Source: Vicugna vicugna (lineage: Eukaryota). Taken from it: 22,995 nt of DNA. Position numbers and translations under genes: made by a program. The stretch is from assembly GCA_013265495.1 (NCBI GenBank), contig MU057728.1, positions 159,767 to 182,761 of the forward strand, read 5' to 3'. Numbering within the stretch: position 1 is the stretch's first letter; every line of letters starts with the position of its first letter. Shown here in pieces: positions 20,093 through 22,995 of the stretch. Below the pieces are notes generated by a model that did not search any database, was not told the origin of the DNA, and saw nothing but the letters and a program-made list of their open reading frames with translations.

Positions 20093-21609
20093 CTCTGCTT
20101 CCAAAGTTTACAAAGCACCTCACCCCTAGCTCCTCTGCCAGTCCACTGCTCTGGACTGTCTCATTTGAGGGGTCCTTTGCCTTTCTGCCCCAGAGCCCAG
20201 AGTTCAGTGGGCATCATGCTGTGGAGGCAGGTAGGGCCAGGAGGTGACAGAGTGGGTGGGCGAGACCAGCACATGCCTAGAGAGTGGTGTGGATGCTCAG
20301 GAGCTGCCTGTGGACCCCGCTCTCCCCTGAGCGAAGTGCTTGGGGTTAAGAAGGTGGTTGCCCCAGGGGGACTGAGTAAGCCACCTGCAGCCTAGGACCA
20401 AAAGGTGAGAGTTGGCTTTGTGGGGAGTGCCTCCTGCGTCTTCACCATGGCCATTATGAAACCCACAGATACCCACCATGTGTGAAAACGGCACACAGGG
20501 AAACCAATCTCTCTGACCTGAGGAGTTCCGAGTGGCTTTGTGGACCTGGATCAGGTGGAGCCAAAACACTTCCCTGGGCAGACTGGCCTCACCTGTCTTG
20601 TGTCTCCTGCAGGTTGGCAGAGTGGTCCAGCCAGTTGGGTGTCCTTCCTAGCTCTGTCCCTTTGAGCTCTTCACCCTGGCTGGGGTTGAGGGGAGGATGA
20701 TTGAGGTACCAGGAGCCCCTCCCCTGTGCCCCGCCAGTGGAGCCTGAAACGCCCCTTGCCTCCATGTCTCTGCCCTGGGACGGACCTTGGTGGCTGGTGT
20801 CCTTCGCTGTATACTCCCACCTCCCCATCTTCCTGAGGCGACAGCCCAGAAGCAGAGAGGCCGGGTGCTGCTGGGAGCAAGACCCTGGCCAGCTCCCCGC
20901 CCTGCTCCAGGGGAGGTGCCAGATGCAGCGCCCCTGGCTCCAACCAGGGGACGCTGGGCCCCGCCTGCCATATGCTCTGAGCTGAGCCTCGATCCGGAGA
21001 GCAGGCCTGCCCAGCAGGATCTTTGGCACCTGGGGCACAGGAGGCAGAGCAGAGGGGCGAGCTACCCAAGGTGGAGGAAGAGGAGGGAGGGCCTCGGCCA
21101 GTGGGATTGGGCCTGTGGGGCCCCCTCTTGACTCTTGGCTGTGGGTTGATCAGGGGAGCAGGTGGGGGGAATAAAGGGAGGGTTGGCTGCTCCCAGGAGG
21201 AGCCAGGATGCCAGCCAGCCAGGATGGGCCTGCTGCGAGCTGCAGATGGTGGCCTCAGGTTTCGGTGCCCTCCCCGGGACAGAGCATGTTCGGCTGGGGA
21301 GCCAGGCGGTGCCAGTGTCCATCCCTGGCAGCTCCCGTCTCATTGGAGAGGAGTGTGGGATGGGGCAATCTTGGTGCAGGGGCCCCGGCAGATGTTCCAC
21401 TATTTGCCTGCACCCTCACTATGAGCCCCGAAGGGCCCCCAGAGGGAATGGGGACTGTGGCACTTCCTGCTCACCCACCCCTTCCTCGGGGACAGGATCC
21501 CCGGAGGATGCAGACCTGCGGGGCATAAAATATCGGGACCTGATTGTCAGTGAGGCTGACCACCTGGTCTGCAGGGTCTGGGTGTGTCTAAGCTCACAGC
21601 GGCTCTTTA

Positions 21610-22995
21610 AAGTCAAACCATATTAAACTGCTTTTTTCTTTTAAAGTTGAAGAATGATTGATTTTAGGCACTTTCATGTGGTTCATCCTATTAGCGTTCC
21701 CTCTTTTTCTGTTTCTGACCAGATCAGATAGCAAGAAAAGGATGTGTCCTTTAAATGTTTCCATGGACCCAGCCTCTGAAACCATCTGGATCCAAAGATT
21801 TCTTAAGATTCTTGATGTATTCAGATTTAATATCTCTTCTTTAGTTCACTTGAGTCACTTGTGTTTCCCTGACAAATAATGCATTTCATTCAGATGTCTG
21901 AGATTTTAGCCTAAAGCTGTAACCAATAGCCTTGTAATTTACCAAGTGTTCTTTACATTGTGGTTCTTCCCCTTTCTCATACTTCCTAATGGGTCTGTTT
22001 TCTCTCCTTCATTCATAATTAGACATGACAGTGTTTTGTGTTTGTTTGTTTGCATGTGGGTTTCTGTTTTCTTTTTCTTTCTTTTTTTAGTTTAATGGTT
22101 TGAGGGCTTTACTGAGAATCAGTTCTTGGGTGCATTTATAGCTTTTGAGTATTTTCTGTATTCTGCTTTATTAATTTCTACTTCTATTATTAATTCTTTC
22201 CTCTTGCTTTCTTCAGGTTTTGTTTTCCTTATTTTCTAAGTTCTAGAATTGAATCCGCTTCATTGTTTTCATTCTTTTTTGTTTAATAATAAATGATATT
22301 TATTACATTGTGGTCAGGAACCGTGGCCTGTGCAATTTCAGATCCTTGGAATTCAGCATTCTTTTACTAGTTACGTGCTTCTGTCTGTTCCTTTTTGTAT
22401 TTCTCATGGTTTTTGCTTCATATGTTTCAATAAGGTATTATTCCACACAATATTTTTTATTACTAGGTGAACTTTTTGTTGCCTACTGACAGACTTACAA
22501 CATTTTAAAAAGTTGTAAGCTTTTTAAAAATTGCTTTATTTAGTTACATCCCTCTTAAAGAGTCATTATCTTAAAATCAATTTTTTAATGGAGGATTTGA
22601 ATCCATTTACATTCATTATTTTGTTTTAGGCAGTTGCTTTTCTGTGATCTTAATTTATCACAGTTGCCTTTTGTATTTTCCACTTTTTGGTTTCTCTTGG
22701 CATGTTAGCTCTAACCTGTTTCTTTTCTGGTGTTTTGTGCTTATCTTTGGATTTTTCAGAAACACTAATCTAATAGCTCTTATCTGAATCAAGCATGAAA
22801 TAGCATCTTTTGGGTTCTACTTCAGACAGAGAGTCATTCCCATCTCATTCTTAGTTTTTGTTAATATGATCTAAAGATTCAGACTAAATTTTTATAGTTT
22901 TTTATACCTAAATATACATCATCTGATTCTCCCTTTTGAACATTTAAAAATTATTTTTATCTTTGCCTTCAGTTTTAGAACCAAATTGGAAACCT
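21610..22995 (-). mobile_element. Ancient LINE-1 ORF2-derived sequence, decayed, runs to window end
   Basis: Abrupt shift to T-rich sequence with antisense L1 landmarks: ctttaaatgttt...ctgaaaccatctggatcc, catttcattcagat, ttaatttctacttctattattaattctttcctcttgctttcttcaggttt, attacattgtggtcagga, atccatttacattcatt. Confidence 0.8.

Noticed and set aside
20589..21626. Many overlapping 90-150 aa ORFs on both strands
   Set aside because: Expected from high GC (stop-codon scarcity); G/P/R/A-rich translations with no domain
1..22995. CRISPR arrays, operons, tRNA/rRNA, snoRNA or known miRNA hairpins
   Set aside because: The sequence is mammalian; no spaced direct repeats or recognisable structured RNA seen by eye. 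An Infernal/Rfam scan would be needed to exclude small RNAs.

Overview
Mammalian (eutherian) genomic DNA; no prokaryotic features. The window opens on a CpG-island, TATA-less promoter (~390-880) with tandem ETS/GABPA sites, a GC box and an NRF1-like site. It points into a + strand transcription unit whose first exon plausibly ends ATGGAG|gtacga at 584. The remaining ~22 kb reads as intronic sequence of that unidentified gene or lncRNA. It is filled with ancient repeats recognised by eye from remembered consensus sequences, so subfamilies and boundaries are approximate: MIRs, L2s, old L1M fragments, two MER20, MER63, MLT1 and LTR16 solo LTRs. No lineage-specific young SINE was recognised. There are a few short candidate exons (+ 2233-2266, + 10487-10549, - 13407-13499), a second CpG-enriched non-repeat element (~10785-11300) and several transcription-factor motif clusters. 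I could not recognise any protein, so no gene symbol is given. Most ORFs in the track are best explained as chance. The best leads are a strongly signalled antisense non-coding exon, a 72-aa ORF with membrane-microprotein architecture, and candidate intronic enhancers. All are hypotheses.
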